From assembly GCA_965262115.1 (NCBI GenBank), contig OZ253496.1, positions 32,001 to 96,000 of the forward strand: 64,000 nt of DNA, in the 5' to 3' direction. The notes under the pieces were generated by a model. It had not been told where the DNA came from and made no database searches. It saw only the letters and a program-made list of their open reading frames with translations. Both the position numbers and the translations under genes were made by a program. Positions 40,059-51,689 of the stretch are shown piece by piece. Source of the stretch: Nitrospinales bacterium (GTDB lineage: Bacteria; Nitrospinota; Nitrospinia; Nitrospinales; VA-1). The number at the start of each line of letters is the position of its first letter. Positions within the stretch are counted from its first letter, which is position 1.

Positions 40059-40189
40059 ATCTGGTTTCTACTACAAAAATATTTCCAGCATGCCATGAAT
40101 CTTTTGTGAAGGGAAATGGTCAAAAACTTTGCTCCCAATATCCAGTTGTCAATAGGAGAGAGGAGGGAAGATGAGGAAGGGAAAAGAAA

Positions 40190-41312
40190 TCCATTTATAA
40201 CCTCACCATACGATAACTTCTTCCTTCTCTGCCACCACTTCCCCAAACAATACACAACATACTGACCCACCTCCACCAACACTCTTTTGCTTACTCCCTC
40301 CACACCTTTTCCCAACAGTAAAGCCACCTTTCCTTTGTTACCCACTTTCCTAAATTCATCCAGTAACTCTCCAGCCCCCATAATTCTGCTTACATCATCC
40401 ACGAACACGTTGATCCCTCTCAAATTCCCCACAAACCACCAAGAAATGGACTACATCCTCCTCTACACTACTATCACACATTACACACCTCTTGTCTCTA
40501 ATAGTTCTACATCTCTTTTTGTCTAATAACAACCGAGCTGAACCAATTCTGAATCAGAACAGCAACCTCACACCTTCCTGATCCTGTAGTGACCTAACAT
40601 CTCGCCACCCCAATGGAGAGATGTACCACTTCAATGTGCTCTTACTATTTACTTCCTCATTCCAGTCCTTCTCATTTATTCTTAATATATTCCTTCCACC
40701 TATGCACCGACCTAGCGTCATCATCTATCTCCTCAAAACCTCACACACTTCCCATTTCTCTATTCCTCCATCCTTTCATTGTTTACTTACCACCATCTTC
40801 ACATGTCTGCTCTCTTTCTTGGTCTTCAATCACTTTCCGGACAAAAACTTCATCTCTTCCCTCCTCTCCTCCAGTTTCCTTCATCACAGATCTCCCAGCA
40901 CTGCCACTCCTACTTCTGTAATGCTTGCCCCCAACAATCTCCTACCTACTCTCATCTCATTTAGGACTGTACCAATTCCAGCTTCCTACATATCCTACAT
41001 CCTCCTGTTAACCACACTTCTGCTGCATACTCCATACTCAATCTTCTTGGAAGCTCCCACACCATCCTTTCTACTTTCATGACTGTTAACTCTGCTCATC
41101 CATACCACCTTTCCAACCCACTCTTGTGCCTTCTTTACTACCTTCTCTAACTGCACATTTCCCCATAGCTTTCTATCAAACAATACCCCCAAAGTACTTG
41201 AACCTTCTTCCTCTTCCACTGCTTCCTCATCAATTTTCAAACTCCCTTCCCCCTTCCCAGTCTCCATAACCTTACTCATTTTCCTATTAAACTTAATCAT
41301 CCACCTTAACAT
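40190..41312 (-). mobile_element. LINE (non-LTR) 3' fragment: end of RT thumb and C-terminal CCHC knuckle
   Basis: LGVLFDRKLWGNVQLEKVVKKAQEW and FRIGSARL...RCVMCDSSVEEDVVHFLVVC; purine-rich sense strand. Confidence 0.85.
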
Positions 41313-41419
41313 ATATGCTAGTTACAATGTACCATATCTAACAACGCCTACAGTGGACTCAACATTCTATTAGGAATATACCGACCAAAAACCTGGCACC
41401 TAAAAAATTGTGGTTGCTA

Positions 41420-41676
41420 GCATTACGCTTGCCACCGTCGGCAACGTAAAATACGCATGCGCAAAGAACCCACTAGCTCACAATTTTCATGCAATCGTCG
41501 GGCTCGACGCATGCGAAGGTATTATTTCGTCGCTAAAAAAAACTTCGGTCCACAAGAGCCTAAAAAGAGCTAATTCGTCGATTACAAGAAGCAAAGATAC
41601 CCTCTTGTTATTTGCGTGTCATCGTTGGGAACGCGAAGACGCATGCGCAAAGTATCGTCGCATAGCGCATTTGCGG
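41420..41676. promoter_or_regulatory. CpG-rich island with clustered NRF1-like motifs
   Basis: ~25 CpGs in 260 bp; cgcatgcg at about 41455, 41508 and 41640, plus gcgcatttgcg. Confidence 0.5.
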
Positions 41677-43452
41677 GGAAGTGGTAAAATCTGGACTCCA
41701 ATACTGGATTCTGGACAGGACTGGATTCTGAGACTTTGGACTTTATGTACGTAGTAATCATCAATTCCGTTGTTGGGATTACCTACTGCTTGAACGACAA
41801 GAGAGCAATTAGGTGCTCAACCATGCATTTGCTCCAATCTAGGTTAGGGCTAGAGGTATAGTCATTTCAAGGGATAGTCAGATTATGAATTGATGAAGAT
41901 GAAGAACTCTGGACAGTAATCTTTTACGCACACTAATACTACTTCTATTAGATACTTGCAGACCTATCCATGATGTCAAGTGCACAAAAAATTAATCAAA
42001 TTCATATTTAAGATTGATGCCCTTGCATAGTTGTGAGAGAAAACCAACTTTTAATTTGAGTAAATTAAGATAGTACATGTAAACAGTGAATGAAACAATT
42101 GCCATGTTCATAAGGGGCCAAGATCAGTGAAGTACCTACTTCGAACTTAGTCTGACAGGGCTCACAAGGGCAACAAAGTAAAGCAGTATTAGTACTAATT
42201 GGTATAGTAGATTTTCAAAGCAAATGATAAAAAAAAATTGAAATAGAGGCAATAAATACTGATTTAGAGATGAACTAATTGAAACAAGCAAGATGAGTTA
42301 CAACACATACATTAGTCTATGGTTGCTAGATTAGTTTAAGTTCTTGTTTAGGTCTAAAGCTCACATAGGAGTATGCAAATATCATTTTCGGAACATCATC
42401 CAACAGACTGTGTATTTGGTACTTTCAGAGATCAGGCAGGATTGTACGAAGCCCCAGACAGGATCTGCGATAGCAAATGACAGAGGGCCCCAATTTCCTG
42501 TGTGGTCGGTAGGTTTTAGCTATACCTCTGGCATCTAGGTCACTCATCAATATTTGATATTTCTGTTTCTCACTCTTTCTCAGTGTGCATTTTTGAGAGA
42601 TACAGGAGAGTTGAATTATCCTTGTCAAGTGAAGATACAACTAGTAAATGTGTGTGTAAAATTGGCTGGGTGAGCCATTCTCATGCACAGAGCTGTGTAC
42701 CCTGCATGCAATCATGAAATGGAACGGTAAGTTCTAACTAAATAAAGCCACATGAACAATATTCATTGTTTCTCATCCTTGGACCTGTGAGATCGTAATG
42801 TGGGTGGCTATTTACTACCTTAATTTATAGTTCAAAGGCCAAATAAACTGGAATCACCCGGCAAATCCCCCTGGAAATCTCCCATGTGCCACAAAACGTT
42901 ACAAAAAAAAATAGTATAGGAATATGATCAACTTTTGGCAGAGATAATACTTTTGACGACAACTTTGGCTTATCTGAGGATAAAAGTATCGATGATGATA
43001 ATGGCAATTTTTCCTACCTTGGGAAGAGCAGAATAGATCATAAAGCCGTACTTCTGACAGGCAGAAAGGGGGCACCTGACTTATCTTCTGGAAAATGATC
43101 ACATATCCATATCACTTCTTCAAGACTTTCATTCCAGTCCTAATTTGGACTACAACTAAAGGCTTCAGATTAGGCAGCTAGATTAGTCTCCCATGGCCAG
43201 CTATAGTTAACTAGAATTGACGAAAGTGCATGCTCAGGAAATAAAATGAGGGTTTGGTCATGTGACCAATACTTGGCCCTAATTAATGATTTAATCTTCA
43301 AAATACTGAGCATGTCGCTTCTCTCTCTTTCCCTGCTAGGTGGAATCCTAACAATGGAAATAATGACAACTTGCACAAGCCAAAGTCTCAGAATCCAGTC
43401 CAGTCCAATCCAGTCCAGAATCCAGTATAGGAGTCCAGATTTTATCACATCC
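41677..43452. mobile_element. foldback/MITE-like element with >110-bp TIRs containing (ctgga(c/t)) pentamers
   Basis: ggaagtggtaaaatctggactccaatactggattctggac...ctgagactttgg at left; near-exact reverse complement at 43335-43452; no TSD visible. Confidence 0.75.
42345..42800 (-). mobile_element. RLE-type non-LTR retrotransposon C-terminal (restriction-like endonuclease) fragment
   Basis: RKSEKQKYQILMSDLDARG followed after a frameshift by EIGALCH, similar to the RK..KY..L...EIGALGH motif. Confidence 0.55.
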
Positions 43453-44689
43453 GATGGCCACAAAAATCCTAAAATGAGCCACCATTCCAGGAAGAAAATT
43501 AAAACTTTCCTGTGTGTTTCTTATTGTCCACACAACATTCAGCAGAAAAATGTGGCCTAGGGCTACATTTTTATGTATCATTATTCACCAATAAGAGACA
43601 TATGCCTTACCTTCTGTCTGAACGTCTTTAACTCAGTAATCTATTTGCCTCTCTTCCAGCTTATGGCGCTCCCTAATGCCTCATCCAACCTTCTATTGCC
43701 TTGTAGAGGAAAATCATCGCCTCCTTTTTCCCATTTCTGTGTCGTTATTCAGCCATATGCTCAACATGACTCATACTCAGTTTTTGTATCAGCCATTTTC
43801 ACAAATTCGTCGGCAAAAACTTTCCATAACAATTTTTTTATATCAGTTTGAAAACATAAATAGTCTATTATCATATAAGTGACCCACTGAGTGCTCATTT
43901 CAAGTTTGGTGATTTAACATTACGAACTCTGGGAGGAGTTCATTGACATACTAACGTATATAGATACATATATACAAATGCCTCAGTTCCAATAATCAAC
44001 ATTATTAACATTGCATTATCCATTGCCTACTAAGTCCATACTAATATACAAAATGTACCTTATTTTAGTAGGACAGAAACTTCTTGATGTGCACACCTAT
44101 TGCACAATCCATAAGCTCAACAGAGTGGTAACAAATTCGAACATTCTTTTACTTTGCATATGCAAAAGATATTTGCCAATTGATTTTCCTCATCTTAGAT
44201 AGTTAAAGATTTCAAAGAAATTCTAAGTGCTGATGCAATAGGAGATATGCATATCAGTGTCTTGAAAATAGAAGCCATGCTTAAGCCAAGACTAGAAAAA
44301 ACTGTGCTGCTTGCTTCAAAAGAAAAGAAAGAAAAAAAAAAAAAAAACTCCTAAAATAACACATTTTTACTGAAAATTACTCACACACATTTTTAGACCT
44401 TGGGAATCATAATATATCATAAAAGTTGTGTGAGCATTCTAATTGTGCTAAATCATGTGTTGGCAGCACAAATTAAAAACATGATTTTCTATGTATTGAC
44501 AATTTGTGACATGAAAAAAGGTTTACTAAACATATTGAATGCATCTAGCTGGTGGAAGAGTGGGTCTATTCAAATACTTCAAGTAAAAAGCCACACTTCT
44601 AACAGCTGAGCAAATAAGGTTAAAGAAAAGACAGACTGAAGAAATTAACAAACACATCGAGTCTGAGCTGGAAAAGGAAGGCTATGCAG

Positions 44690-45980
44690 CACTCCAAGGC
44701 AATAAGAGCCAAACTTGGCAAATATGGTGCAATTAATGGAACTGCTGCTAGGAGGCATTTCAAAGAAAAAATAGGTAAGCTATCTGAAAGGACAGTAAGG
44801 AAATTATGCTGCTGAGCTCTCCGCACATACTAAAAATGGTGACTTCACAAACGGAGAGGAAGGCCCTGCTAATCTTTGGGTGAGAGCCATGGTAGTGGTG
44901 TCCAAAAGTATGTTCAAGCACTTTGAAAGGCTGTTACACCTATTTGTGCACATTTTTATGGCTGCAGCTGATAGCATTATTGTAGCGAAGGATAGAACTA
45001 GCGAGGGATAGAACTAGCAAAGGATACAAATTTGTTAATTGAAAATGGTGGCCACATTTCTCTGGCCACATTTCTTTGACCAGGGGATGGGCCTATAGAA
45101 AAGTTACCACTAAGACAAGCATTCCTAGCGAAAAAGGATTTTAAAAAAGGAAAGGAAAGTTCCTGTTACAAATTTCTGGGATATCAGAGAAGAACAGATC
45201 CCAGCCGAGTTAGTCCTTGAATTGGGACCAGACTAATCTACAGTGCGTTCCATGTATCAATTGGACACTTGACAAGAACGGTGCTGAACAAGTAGAAGTA
45301 GCTAGTTTGAAAGCTAAGAGGGTGATAACAGCCATATTTACATCTATTATAAGTGGTGATTTCTTGCCAATGCAATTCTCTACACTGGTGAGAACTCTAG
45401 ATGGCATCCCATTTTTTTAGAATTCCCACCTGGATTTGACATATGGCATTCTCCCAACCATTAATCTACTCAAGAGACATCATTGAGATTTTTGAAGAAC
45501 ATTATCTTACCCATGTGGAGAAGACTTGAGCAAAATTGAACTTCCCTCCAGATCAGCCAGCCTGTCTTAGATGTTTCGTGTGGTCAGACTGTTCAAGAAA
45601 TATATTAGCTATTGGAGAAACACTGCATTTATGTGGTTTTAGTGCCCAGTAATTGGACAGACCAATTACAACCCTTAGAACTCAGAGTTAATTAGCAAAC
45701 CTGCGAAGGACAACGTGAGACGAAGTTCTGTTCTTGGTATGCCCAGAAAATGAAAAAGCAAGTTGAAGCAAGAAAAAGTCTTGATGAAGTTTCCGTAGAT
45801 GTCGAGATGAGTGTTGTTAAAGAGATTGGAGCACATTAGTTAGTTTTGTATAACTACCTTTTGAATCATCCTGATATTTGCAAGAATGATTTTGATCGAA
45901 GCGGGATCAATGATGTTTTATCTAGTCCTACTCTCATACACGAATTATCACTATCTAATGAAGAGGACCCTTTTGACGGA
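44690..45980 (+). mobile_element. pogo/Tigger-like (DDE_1) transposase pseudogene
   Basis: ENGGHI, NWDQTNLQCVPCINWTLDKNGAEQV, KRVITA, SGDFLPMQ, FDIWHSPNH, FRGQT, VPSNWTDQLQPL, FCSWYA. Confidence 0.9.
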
Positions 45981-46054
45981 CTGACATCAGATTCAGGTTA
46001 GACCTGATTTACACTCAACTTGATCACATTCAATCACAAAAATGATGATCATAA

Positions 46055-47163
46055 TCAAGAGTATTTAAAAATAAACAGCTATATTGGATTGACCTGTTAA
46101 AAGAGAAAGGAAACAGGTCAGCATCGATGTAGACCAAAGCCAGTTCGATTCCTTTATCATCTAAAATAATATACAACAATATTGTGCTGTGCTTGTGGTT
46201 GCAATCCGTGATCTTAAAATTAGTACAATATTGGGATAATTTTCAATTGTAAAGTGGATCTAACTGGCTGTGGTCTACATCGGTGCAGTCTTATTTCAGT
46301 TCTTTGTTAACCAGGCAATCCAATTTAGCTGTTTGTAAAAAAAAAAATTCTCATTTCAAGTGTTTCTATGTTCGTTAGTTTTGTTGTTTCTTACATTGTA
46401 GTTTAGTAGTGGAGGACTTCATCAAATGTGGGCCGATTGGTGGAGGGTCTCCTAGGCATTTAAACACTTTCTTAAATACTTATTGCTACTGTATACTATA
46501 CAGATATCATTACATGCTAAATTGTTGCTATTGCTGACTGTCCTCATGTATATTATGTTGTCCACCACAAAATAATCAGAACATACCATATCTTGTTGCT
46601 ATTGTTGACTGCAACCATGAAGACCTACAGCTTCTTTTGAGGACTTGGGAAACATGCACAGGAGAAACAACAACATATATTTTGGTAGGGGGTCACCTAT
46701 GGCTTCCATTACACATGGGAACAGTTGGCCAAGAGCAAGAACTCTGCAAACCAAATAACTGAATTAAGCGAGAGTCATTCGTTGTGAAGGGAATTATCAA
46801 CGTTGTATTTTGACAATACTTACACTTTTGTCATTTTTTGTGTTTTTTTTCTTTACTGGATTGAGGAAAGAAGTAGTCGTGGACGTTTATTTGAAAATTT
46901 AGGGTTTTCTGGCTAAAATTGTAATAATGAGAGGGCCTATTGTACACCAGCTATGCAGAGGAAGAAACAGAGGAACACAGAAACATTCTTGAAGATGAAA
47001 TTCACTTTTTTTTTGCAGTGCCAATTCATTACCTTAGCAAAGCATTCAAAGCACTCTTACAGTCTTTTTGGAGCTAATATCTGCTGGAACTGCCATTATA
47101 AGCATTGCTTGTGGGTGGTAGCCATTTTAAAAAGGGGGTCAATCCAATATAGGGAGTACATAG
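46055..47163 (+). mobile_element. repeat family A (Helentron/HINE-like), best-preserved copy
   Basis: Perfect 16-bp subterminal IR ctatattggattgacc (46079-46094) / ggtcaatccaatatag (47137-47152); ~120-bp imperfect internal IR 46070-46188 / 46221-46336. Confidence 0.85.
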
Positions 47164-47548
47164 AAATTATCTTTAATATTAGCTGGTTGATTTGATCATC
47201 CTCAAGTTATTATGCTTATTGGGATCCTCTTTCTTATTCAAAGCTCTACATGCAGCATACTATAATACACATAGATATATGTAAAACACTAACATGTACA
47301 AATTTGGCAATATTTCATGACAAAATTGGAATTTTTTTTTTAACCTATATCTATGGACCTTTGATTAACACGAATTTGATTCCATGATTTAATTTTTGAT
47401 GTATTTTTAATCCAAAACACATGAATTTGGTACAACATGAATTTCATGATTTACAGTAATACCATTTTCTGACCAGGCAGATAATCTTTTTGCTTAGCAT
47501 GTATTTGGACTGTGCCATTTGGTGCTTTCACTTTTAAGCTGAACAACA

Positions 47549-47958
47549 CAGCTGGTTAATATATTGCCTTGGGAATATTCAGCTGGTTAATATATTGCCT
47601 TGGGAATATTCAGCTGGTTAATATATTGCCTTGGGAATATTCAGCTGGTTAATATATTGCCTTGGGGATATTCAGCTGGTTAATATATTGCCTTGGGGAT
47701 ATTCAGCTGGTTAATATATTGCCTTGGGAATATTCAGCTGGTTAATATATTGCCTTGGGGATATTCAGCTGGTTAATATATTGCCTTGGGGATATTCAGC
47801 TGGTTAATATATTGCCTTGGGGATATTCAGCTGGTTAATATATTGCCTTGGGGATATTCAGCTGGTTAATATATTGCCTTGGGAAATTCAGCTGGTTAAT
47901 ATATTGCCTTGGAAATATTCAGCTGGTTAATATATTGCCTTGGGAATATTCAGCTGGT
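47549..47958. repeat. 31-bp minisatellite, ~13 copies
   Basis: Unit cagctggttaatatattgccttggg(a/g)atatt. Confidence 0.98.
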
Positions 47959-48144
47959 GGTATAATTCACCAGAATATTTTGTACATGAAGTATATAGTT
48001 GCTTGCAGTTCTGCATTGAATTGTTGTTGTTGTTTTTAAGGACAAAAAGAAGGATATGACTGATTGATATATCACTGGGGTTTATCCAACTCAGGAGGTC
48101 GTGAAGTTTCTCCTACTTCATTGTAGTAGTATATTGGTGATCAC

Positions 48145-48820
48145 CTAGGTGACCCAGAACCCTTATTCTCTAAATTAATAGTGTATAGACCCCCATTCTG
48201 TGGCAAACAAAATCCACATGCACACCTGCGGCAGTCTTGATTGGTGGTAGTCACACATTTTCTATCCTGTACACAGACACATAATGTTCTCATGCTCAGA
48301 AGCGATGGCCCAGACCATGCACTATTGTAGATACACATTCCTGACAAAGGTATTCGATGTTCCAAGTGGCATTCATGGGATGCACAGGCCATGACCCAAT
48401 CGTAGTCACTCACACTCCATGCTTAGTACAGAATAGTACAGTGTTTGATCTTGTCCACATAGCTACCATGGGAGGAATCAACCATAGTCTAGTTGTAGTC
48501 ACATGTACCCAAGATGTATGTTCTCTGTATAGCCAACCCCCACAACATGGCTGCATTGTAGTTGTGTACCATCCAAGTTTGCACGATAAGCAAGAGGTAG
48601 CATTTTGATTTTTTCTGCACTCCATAAGGTACCAGGTAATTCACTGTGAGCTTGTTGTGGCATGCTATAGGCATGCACAGGGTGTGCAACATCATTTTAC
48701 TTAGAACTGAAAAGTTAAGGTGGTAATAACAGGTTGTGCTCATAGGAGAACACGGCACTCCACTACCGTAATTACAGTCATTGTTTGTCTCCCTGGTGTG
48801 GCCTCTCCTGAGATTATGGT
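48145..48820 (-). pseudogene. disrupted Cys-rich (TNFR-repeat-like) extracellular exon
   Basis: Overlapping frames give VPCSPMSTTC, ECRKNQNATSCLSCKLGWY, CVQDRKCVTTTNQDCRRCACGF; ttcatag acceptor and AG|gtgatc donor; several frameshifts and stops. Confidence 0.45.
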
Positions 48821-48974
48821 CTATGAATTCACAGCAAGAATAAACTCTTCAAACTGTTAATATCATTAGAATACAAATGCAATAAAGTCATATATAAAAA
48901 AATTTAAATTTTTATTTTAAACAAACAAATCAAATTTATTAATTTTTTTTTTACTTGTAAAAGACAGATATTTA

Positions 48975-49370
48975 AAATCAGCGATCAAACTCACGGATGC
49001 TCATTCTTGAAATACACCAATGTTCTCATTCCAAATTTTTAACTGACTAACTAACTGCTGATATAAAGACTTATTGAGCTGCTCAATCTCAGCTAAAAAC
49101 TCATATCCTCCCTTTGCCATCTCGATGCATACATAAATACATAGCACATATGGTCATCCAACGTCTAGCCCTTCTGGCAACTCCAATTGTAGTTCTGTTT
49201 TAGCCACTACTTTAATTTGGTATTCCCTACACTCATTCCTCTCTCTCCTTCCTGCAGCTTCACACATTCTTTCCAGATATATGTTGGGTTGGTCACTTGG
49301 TCAAAGTTTTGGAATGGGAACATTAATGTATTAATAGAATGAGCATCCATGGGTTCGATCCCGCTCTCAA
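48975..49370. mobile_element. two divergently oriented family C fragments
   Basis: 48975-49100 is the reverse complement of 29108-29250-like sequence; 49285-49370 has ttttggaatgggaacatt...gaatgagcatccatgggttcgatccc. Confidence 0.55.
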
Positions 49371-50929
49371 GCATTTTACTCCCTCTCCCCCCATTCTCTT
49401 TTATCTCTCTCTGCCATATTTGATGACATATATGTCTCTACATTGCCAGTGTAATGCTAAATCCTATTGCCATATTACTCCTCTTACACCGTACTTCACA
49501 AGCGCAGTCTCGCGATTACACAGATATATTACGCTCAGGCTGCCAATGTTGAGAACTTAGAAAGACCATGGTGTATACCTACACAAGGTGGAGCACTGCA
49601 TCTGGAATACTACATACAGCTGTAACACACTTGCCAAGGAGCATAGTGAAATTCAAATAATTAGTGGCAGATTTTACATTATTGGTATGTAGCTATTAGC
49701 TAGTGTCGAAAACAAATGACACGTTTTTGTTAGCACAATGAATTATAATGTAACCTTGAGCCTGATACACTATGCTAAGTGGGGAAAAGGAGCACCAAAA
49801 TTTCTGTATGAACACAAAAACCTGTCAAGAAGTCTTCTCCAGCATATGCAGTTGTTTGGGATTTCTCTACGCATAATTTGGATGGGTTATCCTTTATGAT
49901 TGAGTGTATGATCTGGGAGATTTATTTATGATATATGGTGACAATATATTTGGTAGTGTGGAAAAAATGGAATCTCTTGAGCTAGACTTTAAAAAATAAA
50001 AGGCTGGGTTGGAAGCTATCCTACTGTCAGGCTTGGTACACCACATTTTATTTCTGCCTGCCAAATTGTAGATCTTTTAAAACCATGTGACTATTTGCAG
50101 CTGTGCGCACTGTATGTTGGATTGTTGGAGTAGCCCAACCATTTTGTTTAGTGAATGAAGTGTTCTGAGGATTCTGACTGAGGCTAATGGGAAGCTGGAT
50201 TATGAATGCCCGGGAATTTTTTTTATGAACATAGTATTCACAGCAAACAATGCATTTGTTAGCTTCCATATCAGTACTGGACAAGCATTGGTCATCTAGC
50301 AAACTAGTTGGAATCAAAAGGATCATTAAAAGGAAAAGATGAAAAAAGAAACAAAAAAAACTGAACACAGCTTGCATTGTAACTGTGTATTATCTGTCAT
50401 GTGTCTTTTGTTATGTCAATGCATTCCTTTCTGTCTCGGAATGTTGGCAACCAGACCAAGCAGTTTATTTCCCTCCCTCTGTTTTCTGTATAAACCGCCT
50501 GGCTGATGAGACTAATAATAAAATGGTGGAGCAAATGTAAGAGGAGTTTATACTTCAGCTAAAACTGCTTCTTTACTGCCTAAATGAAGGTTTCAGCTGA
50601 TGTTTTCTCCAAAATAACTCCAAGTCTGCCTTGGATACTTCACTAAGGTTGTAAACCAGTTGAAAGTTTGAAAAAAAGCATGAAATTCATCGTTAAGGAT
50701 CATATGTCTCTTTTTCTTCCTTCACATAACTTCATACAACAGGTCCATTCATAAAAATATTAAAACCAGAAAACTCCAAATGTTCCAATGACTTGTCCTT
50801 TTTGTCGATCCAGTGAACCAAAAATAAAAATGGTAAAAAGTGGTATATGCTGATAAAACCGAATTACCATTTAAGACTTAAATACCATTAAAACCGAACA
50901 CACTCGTACTAGCGTGTTTATTATCATGC

Positions 50930-51650
50930 TAGCACAATGAATGACTTGCACTTAATTCAGCCATTTAGTTTGTGGAGTTCTCGCTTCTGGTCCAAAAAAG
51001 GTCATAGCTGATCCTCTGCCAAAACATCCATTGTTTGGTAGGTAGTGTTCTCCTGTGCAATGTGCAATGTGACAAAGTCCTTGAAAAGAGGCTGTAGCTG
51101 AACCTACATGGGACAGTCTACAATAGCAACATGATATGCCATGTTCTATTGTGTCTATGGGTACAGTCAAAAATAGCAACAATACCATGTGTGGATATGT
51201 GTTAGTAAGTGTAGTATGCAACTACAATAAACATGTATCTAAAAGCCAAGGAGATCCATCTAACACTCAGCTCACACTTGATGTAGTCCTCCACCACCAC
51301 TCCTCACTGCTCAACTGTAATATACAGAAACAACGAAACAAACCAACAAACCAACAAAAATAACTTGAAACAAAAACAAGCAGACCACATTGACATTGAA
51401 AAGGAAAGGTAACAAGACTGTACCCATATAGACCACAACCAGTTGGATTCCCTCTTACCGTTTAAAAATCATGTGCATTAATATTTTTCAGATTTTACCA
51501 ACGTAGTGCTTAGCAACCACAAAAAGCAGCATATATTTCAAATAGTAAAGGGGTATTAACTAGGTCTACATGGGTACAGTCTCGTTTCCTATCTTTTTAA
51601 TTAACAGTCCATCCAATTTTGTTGTATACTTTTACATTTGTTCTTGTATA
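50930..51650 (-). mobile_element. repeat family A, 5' two-thirds
   Basis: Reverse-complement match to 46055-46790, including the internal IR (agactgtacccat.tagacc / ggtctacatgggtacagtct). Confidence 0.8.
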
Positions 51651-51689
51651 CTTTGTTTCTCATACTAGTCATGTGACTATATTTTTGTG

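Noticed and set aside
40287..41082. Plus-strand hydrophobic/Ser-rich ORFs as membrane proteins
   Set aside because: They are antisense to a purine-rich LINE fragment
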